A stretch of DNA of 64,000 nt from Bugula neritina (taxonomy: Eukaryota; Animalia; Bryozoa), in assembly GCA_964035545.1 (NCBI GenBank), contig OZ037771.1, positions 755,628 to 819,627 of the forward strand. Direction: 5' to 3'. Under the pieces are notes generated by a model. It had not been told where the DNA came from. It did not search any database and was given only the letters and a program-made list of their open reading frames with translations. How positions within the stretch are numbered: the first letter of the stretch is position 1; every line of letters starts with the position of its first letter. Positions 28,001-40,455 of the stretch are shown here, in pieces. A program made the position numbers and the translations under genes.

Positions 28001-31000
28001 GAAGTCGCTACTATCTGAATATCTTACATGTAGTAAATTATATACGCAATACAGGAGAATACATGTTTTGATAACAAAAAATTCACTCACACTGCACCAC
28101 CAAATCAGGTTTGGGGAGAACATTGAGTCTTCTGTTCAGAGGGTCAAGTTCACTGGGAGAGATGAACCCCTCGGAGAGAAGGCAGCTAATGACGTAGAGT
28201 GACTGAGACCACTTGTGAGGTATTTGACCTACAGCCACTCTCTGCTGACTCCCTGCCTCTTTCCTTTCTTCCTGTACCTGTCCGACATGTAGAAGGTTCT
28301 AAAGATGGAGGGAGAGTTACAGAGACAGGTAAACAGGTAAAGAGGAAGGAGTGTTACCTGATCAGCGGGCACAGCATACATCTCTGGTAGAACCCGCAAC
28401 CCTCCAGACATCTTCACTTGCAGCTTGTTCAGTTTCGTCATGTAATCACTGGCCTGAAATGTGTAGCTACAGGTAAATGTGTAGCTGCAGGTAAATGTAC
28501 AGCTACAGGTAAATATGTAGCTACAGGTAAATGTGTAGCTACAGGTAAATGTGCAGCTACAGGTAAATGTACAGCTACAGGTACAGTAAATGTGCAGCTC
28601 TGTGGGTTTTGTTGTATGACTAAGAAAGGCATGAGTACAGACTAAAATGTGTCACCATATGTTGAGTGTTGACACATGTGTCAACATATGTATCAACACT
28701 CAACATGCAGACTAAAATGTGTCAACATATGTGTCAACATATGTGTGCAGAGAAACAAAGTTCACTTCCCATGCTGTTGAGTCACGTCGCTGGTAGTTAC
28801 TTCTGTAACTTGTTTATACCGGAAGACATTCTACGACATTAGTGCTAGGGTAGAAAAAGATATCAGACTGAACTTTCCTGACTCTCAAGTGCTAAGGTAA
28901 ACCAGAACAGATGAATAATGCAAGCTGTTCATACAGTGTGACTTTCTTGTTACCAGTGTATTTAAAGGTAACTCACAGCGTCCTTGTTCCCGCTAAACGT
29001 CTCATTGATGGAGAGATATGCGAGGAAGAGCGGCCACTCACACTCCACATTCTCAAATCTCTGCAACTCCCAGGGTTCATAGTGCAGCCTGTTAGGGTCT
29101 TCCAACGCTGTCTTATACCCGTCTCTCAGGAACCGGCAGCACCCATACCGCCCCTACACATGGCAGCAGAGGGGTGAGCTCATTAAATACTAACTACAGC
29201 ATCTTTTGGTAATGATAGTCTGTGCTAAAATATTTGAAACAACAGACTACTACAACTTACCAGACACTTGTTCAGGATGGCTTCTCTTGTCAGGTTTACC
29301 AGATTCTGATCATCAACAGCGAAAGCAGGAAACCCGATGATGGAGAGTAATCCACTATCAACTTCCTGTATATATTACACAATAGAGGTGATATATTACA
29401 CAGCAGAGGAGATATATTACACAGTAGAGGTGATATATTACACAGTAAAGGAGATATATTACACAGTAGAGGAGATATATTACACAGTAGAGGTGATATA
29501 TTACACAGCAGAGGTGATATAGAGGTGATATATTACACAGTAGAGGTGATATATTACACAGTAGAGGTGATATATTACACAGTAGAGGTGATATATTACA
29601 CAATAGAGGTGATATATTACACAATAGAGGTGATATATTACACAGTAGAGGTGATATATTACACAGTAGAGGTGATATATTACACAGTAGAGGTAATATG
29701 TTACACAGTAGAGGTGATATGTTACACAGTAGAGGTGATATGTTACACAGTAGAGGTGATATGTTACACAGTAGAGGTGATATGTTACACAGTAGAGGTG
29801 ATATGTTACACAGTAGAGGTGATATGTTACACAGTAGAGGTGATATGTTACACAGTAGAGGTGATATGTTACACAGTAGAGGTGATATGTTACACAGTAG
29901 AGGTGATATATTACTCACTTTAGAGTTGGACTCGCGTGGAAGGAGAGACTGCAATATGGCGCTGCACTGAGCCACCTTGTCAGCCTGCACTTGTATAGTA
30001 GAAAGACAACTCCCATTGGATCCAAACATGTCCAAACCCGCTATGGCTTCCATTGCTGCCTACAGGTAAAATATGCTGACATTACAAGCAAACACAGTGC
30101 AGTAGAGTGTTACACCTGCCAACATCTACATAGTGATATATGCGAGCTGTAAAGTAGGGAAGGAGTTGCGTTACCTTTGCCATTCCAATAGAACTAGAAT
30201 TGAGTTCTGGTAAACCGTGGTTGGTTTTGTCTCCTCTCTCCCAAATACCATAATCCTACAAAGTATAATAACAGCCATGTGTGACATATAATAGTCATCC
30301 TGTATTCATACTTTTAACAAACCTCAACAGCACAACACACAGCACTAGAAACACTAAACAGATATCTTTGATTCATGTCAATGAAAACCAACTAAACTAT
30401 TCTAAATAGAAGGCAACTCTTAATGATTTAAAATAGATGTATTAATTTACTTGATAAATAGTGCGCGAATTTACCAAATAAATATTTTAATCAATTTTCA
30501 ATTACTAGACAGTATCAAAGAATAGATAGTATTTAACAATATAATATATCTAAAAATAGACCATAACTAATAATAGGCCACATTTAATCATAGACTATTA
30601 TATCTAATAATAGACTATTATATTTAATAATAGACTATTACATCTAATAATAGATAATGTGCTTACAGGTATGCGGTAGGCTGACTCAATGTAGTAGACG
30701 AGGTTCTGAATGAAGTCTACTTCATCTAGTGTATAGACGATCTGCAGACCTGCAAGTAGTTTAAATGAAGAGATCAATTAATATTTATAGCACTAGCACT
30801 AGCACACTCACAGATGATATAACTCTACCAACATACCACTGGCTGTCATCTGAGCTAACATCAGCAAGTAGAAGCTTGTGGCATCTATTTGCAGGTGCCC
30901 CCAGGCCGAGTCTGACACCACCGTGCTATGGTCTTTACTTGAGTATTTAGCATGCAGTGAATGTTTGGGTACTTGAGAGTGTTTAAAGGTTTCCACCTTG

Positions 31001-31510
31001 TCTGCCTGTCTCATCATACAAACTAGTAGACCCCTCATTAGCTTTACAACAGACTATAACATAACAGTTATATTAGATTACTTCATTTCAATATAATACA
31101 AGTTTAAACATAATTTACATTGAAAGTTATTCTTTACCTGTTCTAGTTCATATGCTTTGGCCCTTTCATTATCTATATCAGCTGCTTTACGATATGCCAG
31201 TGCTAGAGCCCACAAGCCGCATGCACAATACACATTATCTCGCACCCACGCATCGCCATTCTCTGCTGAATAAGCCACTAGACCCGTTATAGAATTCTGA
31301 AAGCAAATCATTGAAGTCTACCAAGTTATACGAAGAAGTGCCAGCATGGAGTACATTGTATACAAATCATCTAACTTACATTTATTGAAAAGACAAACAA
31401 TATTAGCAAAACACAAAAAGAATAAAGTCTACCTGATGCTTGATCACAGTTTGACAGATTATTCTGTGATAGAAATCAAGCTGAATTCCCGAGTTACTTC
31501 GACTTCTCAT
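20748..31510 (-). CDS. PHKA: Phosphorylase b kinase regulatory subunit alpha (27 coding exons)
   Basis: Starts [12 protein letters not shown] at 31510. Motifs [72 protein letters not shown]; ends in the CaaX motif CLIQ* (stop 20748-20750). Exons: 31510-31433, 31296-31138, 31053-30837, 30749-30667, 30255-30175, 30059-29919, 29365-29261, 29153-28977, 28453-28358, 28277-28091, 27766-27623, 27378-27272, 26781-26637, 26350-26198, 26079-25897, 25592-~25536, ~25339-25131, 24647-24485, 24146-23949, 23561-23432, 23187-23089, 22941-22871, 22339-22160, 22080-22027, 21524-21318, 21101-21029, 20884-20748. The junction at 25.3-25.5 kb is not resolved. Confidence 0.96.
21120..21305. repeat. (AT)n microsatellite with interspersed ACTCACAGGTAAT units
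   Basis: Direct inspection; in a PHKA intron. Confidence 0.9.
21536..22020. repeat. Minisatellite, 23-nt unit, filling a PHKA intron
   Basis: TAGTATAGAGATAGAGTAGTATA. Confidence 0.95.
22425..22820. repeat. Minisatellite, 20-nt unit
   Basis: CACATACAGTATATAGTACC. Confidence 0.95.
22956..23122 (-). repeat. 51-nt triplication of a PHKA exon end plus donor site
   Basis: The unit encodes (I/M)(L/P)SAKDFVVLE and includes a GT donor at 23088, 23037 and 22986. Confidence 0.9.
23540..23942 (-). repeat. 32-nt minisatellite spanning a PHKA acceptor and exon start
   Basis: Minus-strand unit TCTATATACTACAG|GAACTGTTACTGTACATG, about 12-13 copies. Confidence 0.95.
24677..25120. repeat. (GTA)n / (GTG)n trinucleotide microsatellite
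   Basis: Direct inspection; in a PHKA intron. Confidence 0.95.
25341..25446. repeat. Minisatellite, 27-nt unit, ~4 copies
   Basis: ACTGCAACTAGTAACTAATGACTCACT next to a PHKA acceptor. Confidence 0.85.
26777..27140 (-). repeat. 22-nt minisatellite containing a PHKA acceptor
   Basis: Minus-strand unit TATATCTTGTATTACAG|CTGTG; the last copy supplies the real acceptor at 26782. Confidence 0.95.
28458..28585. repeat. Minisatellite, 18-nt unit
   Basis: GCTACAGGTAAATGTGTA abutting a PHKA acceptor. Confidence 0.9.
29370..29914. repeat. 21-nt minisatellite forming essentially a whole PHKA intron
   Basis: TACACAGTAGAGGTGATAT(A/G)T from donor to acceptor. Confidence 0.95.
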
Positions 31511-32868
31511 ACTTCCTTCAACAGAAGGTTTTTAACATTAACTGCACCGTATAAAATGAAAATAGAATACACCACCTATAGCAACCTGCAAATTAATTGT
31601 CAGTCACAACCCGCACATCTAGATTAAGAAGCCAGGATTATAATCTGACTGAGAAATAAGGGGTGACCATCACTCACCTCAACTGCAACTATTAGAACTA
31701 CTGTGTGTCAGTCTATATTGGTTGGCCAATGTGGAACCTTTTTAGCTTGGCTTTGGAGCATAATTGCTTTATTTCACAGGCAACTTCTTTTGCTACAAGC
31801 ATTAACCAGAACCAGCACTATTCAATACAACTACAGCTTAGTATCTACCTCAATAAAACTGTCAATATACAAAAGATTTAGTTACAAAAAAAATCATAAA
31901 ACAAAACATTTTAGTTTTGCTTTTGATAATTAGTGATCCTAACTAACATTAAACTTATTTACCAATCCGAGGAAGTTTACTGTTAGTTTTATTATTACAC
32001 ATATATCATATATGTCTTAGCTGCAAAGTATAACACTAACAGAACAAACTAACCAGGGATTCTGATAACTTCTACTAAATCTAAGTCACTATAATATTTG
32101 CAACTTTATACCTAAAACAATTTATATCACTGTGGAAGCAATTGTAACTATCACTCTCTATTGGTATTGCTATGACTCATACTTAGTTACAATTATAGTC
32201 ATACTGATAGTGATACTGCAAGTGTAAAACATCATCTTAAAATTTATTTATTCCACTCATAGTATTACTATTAGCATAGCTAATAGTAATACTAATACTA
32301 ATAGTATTTGACCATTTCTATTGTAAATTTGAATTACTAATAATAATTGCAATTTGTATCCTAATCACTATTACTATTACTATTAGTATTACTATTAGTG
32401 AATTAGTGCGAATTGAATTATGATTATCACTAATTCATAATCATTATGATTATGATAATCATAATACTAATAGTTACTATTATCAACTATGAGTATGACT
32501 ATTAGTATTACTATAACTATAAGTACAGCTATAAGTCAGATAATAAGTACAAGTTAAGAATTTCAAATTGAATGCCAATAAGTATAACTAATATAGTAAT
32601 AACTAAAAGTAAATAACTCAATAAGTATAACTATAGAATTATAATAGTAGATAATACTAATAGTAATAGTATAAGTATTAGTATAAGATTAAACAATCAT
32701 ATTTGTGATTGTCAGCTTTAGGCTTATATTGATAGCTAAATTTACCTTTAACTTTTATTCATCAGTATGTTGTTTTTAATATTAATATACATTTAAACAT
32801 AATTGTTGTTAGTTATACTTTTAGTAACACTCAAGGTTGGTACAGCAATGAAGAATTTTTATATAATT

Positions 32869-32989
32869 AGCTCCGAGTTGGGGGTGAGTGAGCCTAGTAG
32901 TTTAGGGTTCTCAAGTTTGAACTTACGTCCTTAAACTCCAAACTTGAGAACTCTAAGCTATTGAACGTATTCACCCCCAACTCGGAGCT
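32869..32989. repeat. 121-bp palindromic element (51-bp ungapped stem, ~19-nt loop)
   Basis: AGCTCCGAGTTGGGGGTGA (32869-32887) pairs perfectly with 32971-32989; the stem continues inward to about 32919/32939. A diverged relative lies at 17313-17400. Confidence 0.85.
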
Positions 32990-33767
32990 GCTTATAGAAC
33001 TATTCTTACTTGAGCAGCGCATATAATAATTATTATTCTGCTGCACTTCAATAATTGGAATTGTCGTTTCTACCAACTGAGTATTTCATCTGGCAACAGA
33101 AGGAACTTTTCACTATAATTGCTTCATTATAAATACAATAGCATAGAAATTTATGAGATTATAGATTTTTAACGAAGGACCATATGTCTGTGATATTTTT
33201 GTGAAATAGTAGAAATACTTTTGCCAGACATGTTTGCATGTGTATGCATGCATGTGCATATGCAAGGGGAATGTAAATTTTTAACCAATTATTGGATGCT
33301 GTAAATAGTTACACTACTCAAGTGCTGTTTTGCAAGATCCTAATAATGTGTGTCAAAGCATTTGAACCATTGACTTCCAATCCCTACATCTAAAATGCTT
33401 CTTTAGAGACATGCAGGTATAATTTATAAATTGTGCAGACAGGCTGTTTACCTGCTACCATATCACATATGGAGCAATAGATTGCTTTTATATATCAACA
33501 AAAAAGTTTAGCATATTTTCAGGGATCACTAATTTTTGAAATTTGAAATACAAAAGTTACATATTCAGAACAAATAGGAATTTCCACATTATGAGTATTA
33601 TTGGTGAAAAATAGAGTCAATATTTTCTTGTTTGCCTTAGATCCTGCTGAATAGCTCATAAACTAGATGAAAGTACAATTACATGTAAAATATCTAGATA
33701 ACGTTCATTATTCACAGATCTTGATATTTATAACAAATATTAGCAATAAAGTTAGGAAGCTATTCCA

Positions 33768-36700
33768 TTATCCACGTGTAATTCTATATTTAGTATTGGG
33801 GAACTTTTTATCCAGCATATCGTGAACTTTAGAGACGGCTTCTTTATATTTACGTCTGATAACAACTTCTTGTTCCAGAGCGTAGTTCTACAAGGGAGAT
33901 TATTCTGTGTATGAGAGGTAATGTGTATTTATAATGACTCACTAATCATCTTCCTTATATCTACCTTGCAAGTTACACTAACCTTGTAATTGCAAAATTT
34001 ACAAGGTTAGTGATAGGTATGTTTAGGCCTTACAATTTGAACGAGTTGGAACTTGTTTGAGAATAGCCTATTTCTAGAACATTTCATATTTGAAAAGATA
34101 TTATTTGTTCAGCAATTACAGTATGATTTGTAAACCATGTTATCTCCAAAAAAATATGAAGTCAGAAACTGAGCATTGACTAACCAATCATTTACCAATG
34201 AGCTGTGATGCTGCAGAAAGCAGACAACCACTGTCCTTCTATATCTACAGTAAAGAGCAGACAACTACTGTCTTTCTATATCTACAGTAAAGCGCAGACA
34301 ACTACTGTCCTTCTATATCTACAGTAAAGAGCAGACAACTACTGTCCTTCTATATCTACAGTAAAGAGCAGACAACCCCTGTCCTTCTATATCTACAGTA
34401 AAGAGCAGACAATTACTGTCCTTCTATATCTACAGTAAAGAGCAGACAACCACTGTCCTTCTATATCTACAGTAAAGAGCAGACAACTACTGTCCTTCTA
34501 TATCTACAGTAAAGAGCAGACAACTACTGTCCTTCTATATCTACAGTAAAGAGCAGACAACTACTGTCCTTCTATATCTACAGTAAAGAGCAGACAACTA
34601 CTGTCCTTCTATATCTACAGTAAAGAGCAGACAACTACTGTCCTTCTATATCTACAGTAAAGAGCAGACAACCACTGTCCTTCTATATCTACAGTAAAGA
34701 GCAGACAACTACTGTCCTTCTATATCTACAGTAAAGAGCAGACAACTACTGTCCTTCTATATCTACAGTAAAGAGCAGACAACTACTGTCCTTCTATATC
34801 TACAGTAAAGAGCAGACAACCACTGTCCTTCTATATCTACAGTAAAGAGCAGACAACTACTGTCCTTCTATATCTACAGTAAAGAGCAGACAACTACTGT
34901 CCTTCTATATCTACAGTAAAGAGCAGACAACTACTGTCCTTCTATATCTACAGTAAAGAGCAAACAACTACTTACTCGGTATTTATCAATAGGACCAGGT
35001 TGTCGCTTTAGACTTTTGTTTTCTGGATTCTTAACTACACAGCAGTGTCTTCTGTAGAATAGTATAACATAATATAATACAACATAGATAGTAATATAGT
35101 ACATTCTGTAGAATAGTATAACATAATGTAATACAACATAGATAGTAATATAGTACATTTTGTAGAATAGTATAACATGATATAATAAAACATAGATAGT
35201 AATATTGTACATTATGTAGAATAGTATAACATAATATAATACAACATAGATAGTAATATAGTACATCATGTAGAATAGTATAACATAATATAATACAACA
35301 TAGATAGTAATATAGTACATTATGTAGAATAGTATAACATAATATAATACAACATAGATAGTAATATAGTACATCATGTAGAATAGTATAACATAATATA
35401 ATACAACATAGATAGTAATATAGTACATTATGTAGAATAGTATAACATAATATAATACAACATAGATAGTAATATAGTACATTATGTAGAATAGTATAAC
35501 ATAATATAATACAACATAGATAGTAATATAGTACATCATGTAGAATAGTATAACATAATATAATACAACATAGATAGTAATATAGTACATTATGTAGAAT
35601 AGTATAACATAATATAATACAACATAGATAGTAATATAGTACATTCTGTATAATAGTGTAACATAATATAATACAACATAGATAGTAATATAGTACATTA
35701 TGTAGAATAGTATAACATAATATAATGTATAGAATATAACATACAGAAGAGTCAAATTTTATGTTCATACTAGCTATCATGAAAATTCCTATTGTGATAT
35801 CTGTCAAAATGCCAGGCCATTTGTACAGCAGGTAGAATTCATACTGGTGAGTGGTGGATATAGATGTAGCAACACAGCTAGCTGCTAGTTCCATTTTATT
35901 ACACCACTTACATGTAACTTTTACAATGTAGTAATATTTTACCTAAAGTTGGCTCCATCAAACTTATAATCAAGAAACGCCTGCATTTGTTCCATCTCTT
36001 CCATGGGATTTTCTCTCACTCTGTTGTATACCAGAACATGTAGAGGTCTCGTATACTCTGTAAGCCAATACTTGGCATGTTTCAACCATCTTGGTATATA
36101 GTTGCGCAATCTCTTTTTCCAAACTGTGAAAAGATGGATGCATAACATATTTATTAGTACTATTTATTCATAGCAAGTGAAGCTGCTTATCAATGGAGCT
36201 TTGATAGTTGTATGCCACCTCACCACATGCACCATCCACCTCACCACATCCACCATCCACCTCACCACATACAGTTCACCACATCCACCTGACCACATGC
36301 ACCATCCACCTCACCACATGCACCATCCACCTCACCACATACACCATCCACCTCACCACATGCACCATCCACCTCACCACATCCACCTCACCACATGCAC
36401 CATCCACCTCACCACATGCACCATCCACCTCACCACATGCACCATCCACCTCACCACATCCACCTCACCACATGCACCATCCACCTCACCACATCCACCA
36501 TCCACCTCACCACATCCACCTCACCACATGCACCATCCACCTCACCACATCCACCTCACCACATGCACCATCCACCTCACCACATGCACCATCCACCTCA
36601 CCACATCCACCTCACCACATGCACCATCCACCTCACCACATACACCATCCACCTCACCACATCCACCTCACCAGCCACATGCACCAGTTTGAATAATACA

Positions 36701-39624
36701 CAATACATTTACTCTCAATGAAGAGTGGACTTTCTGAGTATTAGACTTAACAAGATTGCTTACTGGGAGTTTAATCAATAAGGAAGCCTATTATAATTAA
36801 GACTTGTGTTTTAGAGATATTAATTACTGCGGACCATTTGCTGTAAGCCGTGACATGCTACAGGGTTGTATAAGCAAATGGGTTCTCTCATTCAACTCTA
36901 GGTTTGTATAGTAAGTCATTATTTAAGAAAAATAATCTTCCAAGAGCTGTGAATACAGTTTAATGAGTTGCAATATTAGAAACATGTTTTTCAAGAATAA
37001 ACTTTGAGTCATGTTCCAAGTAAAACATTAACTTGAACTATGTTTCTAATACTATGTCAACTATTGTTGAGTAACATCTTTGGGTGTAAATTTAGAGTCT
37101 TTTAACAGTTTGTTTTCTACAGATTTTATTAGCTATCTACCATCAGAAGTGGTGTTGGTGGAAACATTAAGAAATGCTTCTACAGTTTGCCCTGCTGTGG
37201 ATGATTTCAGCTCCTCTGTAGTAATATTAACTCCAGTCCTGAAGGCCAGCTGTCTGCAAGAGTACTTATTATGATGGGAATTATCTTACTTAGTATATCA
37301 TTGTAATATATCAATACAATATAATATAATATTATATAATAACATAATATAATTTAATAATATAATATAATGCAATATAATAATATATTATATAACAATA
37401 TAATACTAGATATGAGTATCATGCTGGTAATAAGAATACTTGGTGGAATATCTCACCTTTTGTACTCAGCAAACACAGCATCATAAGGGTGTCTCAGCAG
37501 TAACACACCTCTAGCTGCATAACCACCCCAGGAGCTATGAAACCACGGTTCATGTGACTTTAGAAACAGACAACCTGTTGTGTTCCTTAGATAAGCTTCT
37601 TCATCACTCCTTTGTCTTTTGTAAACCTCACAGTCCTTCTGTCTCCTGTATCTGGTCCAGGTATACCCTATAAAATCAAGCAGTGCTGTGCAGTTATAAT
37701 TAAAATGTATCATTTTTAAATTCCATTTGATAATAGTTGTCCTGGTACATGAGTCACATCAACTAAAAACGCCTATATATTGCTATTATAACTGAAATAT
37801 TATATCTTGAAAAATCTACTCCCACAAATAGCTATAATTCAATGTAGGTAGATTCTAGACATTTACATCTAAAGCTAAACTTGTAAAAACTATACATATG
37901 CATAATCTACAGAACTAAATTCACCTCCTAAGAAACAGTGTGCTATGGGTGATGTCATCTAATCTCTCTGCCATATGCTAGAAGTGTAAGCTACTGCTCT
38001 ATACTCTATAGAGTTAAGTTATGGTATGAGTAATTTCATAGATTACACTTTAACCAATTACATAACATGTGTATTCAGTGTCTTAGTAAACCTGAATATA
38101 CATTATTATATTGGCATTGATTTTCATGTGCCACTAACAATTTTGCTGTGACCACAGCTACTGCTTGCAACACATTTCCTTAATACTTCTTAATATCTAG
38201 AATATTCTACTGCACAAATTAAACATTAATTTTGTAGGCCATTGCTAGCTCATACTTGAATTTTGTTCTGATTCAGAACAAAATTCAAGTATGAGCTAGC
38301 AATGAATTCTGAATACTTTCCAAGTATTACAATAACAGTATAGATTACAAGGTAAATGCTGTATAGAAATACTCCCAGACAAAGTTCATAGACACTCTAA
38401 CTATTCAACGTTCAATTATCTTATTATAAATATACACAAAACAAGTTTAGAAATTTCAAGAAATTAGCTAGGATTCTATAGCTATTAGCTACCAGTATTC
38501 TCGAACCTCCTCTACATGAACCTTCTACACATAACGCTCATACCTATACCCAGGATATCAACATAACATGCTAGCTAATTCTTATTGTCTGCGTAGCACT
38601 GAGTAAAGTATGTTTGTGTCAGATATAGGAATTCAGTAACTTGAAGGTATTGGATTTTACGACTTTTGTAGACTAATGATTTGATGTAAAGCTTTTCATG
38701 TCACCTAGTAGTTAGCACAGACTAGAGTTGCTTACAAATACTCTAGGAAACATGTAGATTAGTCAGATGTGATAGACTATATTCTACGAATAGAAAACTA
38801 TAACATATTTATTTAGAATGTTGAGGTATAGATAAGTGTGAAGCAGTTCAACCAAAGAATGCAGCTAAAAATCCAATTGTGTTGAATCTTAGTCTCACAG
38901 AATATACAGAGCATGGTAGATCGAACTATAAAACAGATCTCTGTTAGACTATGCAGGGTATTATGTAGAGTAAGTCTTACTAGTTAGAGACCCTAACCAC
39001 AGTATCCAGTCATTCCCACTCCCAGGAGCTCCTGATACGTGGTGTGTAGGGAAAGTTCTTTCATCTTCCAGTTCACTCACTTCGTATTTCTTACACTCAT
39101 CTGGGGAGACTGAGATGTGCTGCCTTTGACATTCACCTACATCAGTGTCGTTTGGACTGTCGGCTTCACGCTGTATCCTCTCTATTATAACCAGGCCATG
39201 TGCATTGCTGTTTGTAGCTACATGTGTATAATAGACATAGTAAACAGCTATTTTCTTTTGGCAAATATTAGAAAGATATTTTTCAGTTTAAGTATAATTA
39301 AATATGTAAACACATGCATTTTACTACATGTTGTACATCCTATATATGTATTCAAGGCATTGCATCCTTTAGTCACTTTGATTTTAGTATCACCATTTCA
39401 TTCATTATTCTATTAGCAATCTTTCTAGCCACTAATAGCATATCTGCAGGCAATTTTTAAAAACAATAAATAATTTTAAAAAATTCAACAGACAATCCCC
39501 GACTTTTTTACTCACTGGACGAAATAATCTGCCACTCACCTGATTTATAAGTTAGCATTGAGGCAACAAACAGAGTAACAACTCCAAAGCATAAAATAAA
39601 TAACAAAGTCAGTTTACTCGTCAT
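33768..39624 (-). CDS. WSCD-family (sialate O-sulfotransferase-like) type II Golgi sulfotransferase-domain protein without WSC domains (~340 aa)
   Basis: Exons 39624-39540 (signal anchor MTSKLTLLFILCFGVVTLFVASML), 39217-38981 (5'-PSB-like SGAPGSGNDW), 37667-37457 (LKSHE; 3'-PB-like LLLRHPYDAVFAEYKR), 37253-37141, 36123-35943 (HVLVYNRVRENP), 35051-34976, 33887-33768; all phase-consistent. Motif order matches the WSCD consensus SFPGxGNTW / VKTHE / LLIRNPY...AEFNR. Confidence 0.82.
34220..34972. repeat. Minisatellite, 37-nt unit, ~20 copies
   Basis: ACTACTGTCCTTCTATATCTACAGTAAAGAGCAGACA, starting at a WSCD-like donor. Confidence 0.95.
35052..35740. repeat. Minisatellite, 54-nt unit, ~12 copies
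   Basis: TAGAATAGTATAACATAATATAATACAACATAGATAGTAATATAGTACATTATG, ending at a WSCD-like acceptor. Confidence 0.95.
36215..36686. repeat. Minisatellite, 21-nt and 14-nt units
   Basis: CACCTCACCACATGCACCATC. Confidence 0.95.
38240..38304. repeat. Perfect 65-bp palindrome in an intron of the WSCD-like gene
   Basis: 32-bp arm CATTGCTAGCTCATACTTGAATTTTGTTCTGA, a 1-nt spacer, then its exact reverse complement. Confidence 0.95.
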
Positions 39625-40339
39625 TCTCTCTCAGTGAGTATTTTACAAAAATATTTTAGTTAGCAGTAATTCAAAGAGTGGAAAAGAAATATTGAAAAGT
39701 TTTAAATAGATCATATTATAAACAAAATTCGACTAGAACTTGGATTAAAAACCATGCAAATATATATTTTCAGAAACTTTTACAATAGAATAAACTATTC
39801 CTTCTTTTCGAACAAGTGTTTAATACAGGTGAATGTTGATCAAGATAAGATATAGAGCTAGCATATTTAGTGTTACAGCATAATTGTCCCCTTCCAGCCA
39901 CATATTATTCAATAATAGTTACACAATACAGCTGGCAGTTGCTATATAATATGTGAATGGTGATTGGCTGCCTATACAGCAATTTTAGTCATTAGATATT
40001 GTATTAGATGTTGACAGTATTGTTCAAGAGCAGTGACACCACTATAGTCATAAATATAGGTATAAGCTCTAACCATCCACATTACACTACATCACAATGC
40101 TGTGATAAAATAATTGCAAGGTTTTATAGTTCAGGAGTTATTCTCCCTCAACTATAAATAGTTCTTTAAAACTTACAGCCAGCATGAGCTTCAAACAAAT
40201 ATTAAACAAAACATTTCACATTAAATAATTTGTGATCAGCCCAAGGCTTAAGTAAAAAATTGTTAGCACAAGCCAGCATAAACCATCTCATTATAAAATA
40301 AAAGTTCCATGCAGCTCCAAATTTTAATAATTCATCATG

Positions 40340-40455
40340 AAAACCCAGGTCAGCAATAATGACAATAGTTTCTTAAGAATTCTCAACTCATCTGGAATTC
40401 GAACCCTAGACCTCTGGCTTGCAAGCAAGTGTGCTAACCATTACACCACGGAGAC
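40340..40455 (-). mobile_element. tRNA-derived SINE head or tRNA pseudogene
   Basis: The minus strand reads GTCTCCGTGGTGTAATGGTTAGCAC...GGGTTCGAATTCC with Pol III A-box and B-box. The acceptor stem does not pair and the anticodon arm is defective. The 3' extent is approximate. Confidence 0.7.

Noticed and set aside
34220-34972. 37-nt array (and the 30-, 32- and 43-nt arrays) as CRISPR
   Set aside because: Units are head-to-tail with no unique spacers, there are no cas genes, and the context is a eukaryotic intron.
38490-38620. Extra WSCD-like exons within intron 2
   Set aside because: The flanking exons already join in phase with family-consistent spacing, and the candidates show no family similarity.
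40385-40455. Functional tRNA gene
   Set aside because: The acceptor stem is unpaired and the anticodon arm has a mismatch and a 6-nt loop; treated as SINE/pseudogene.
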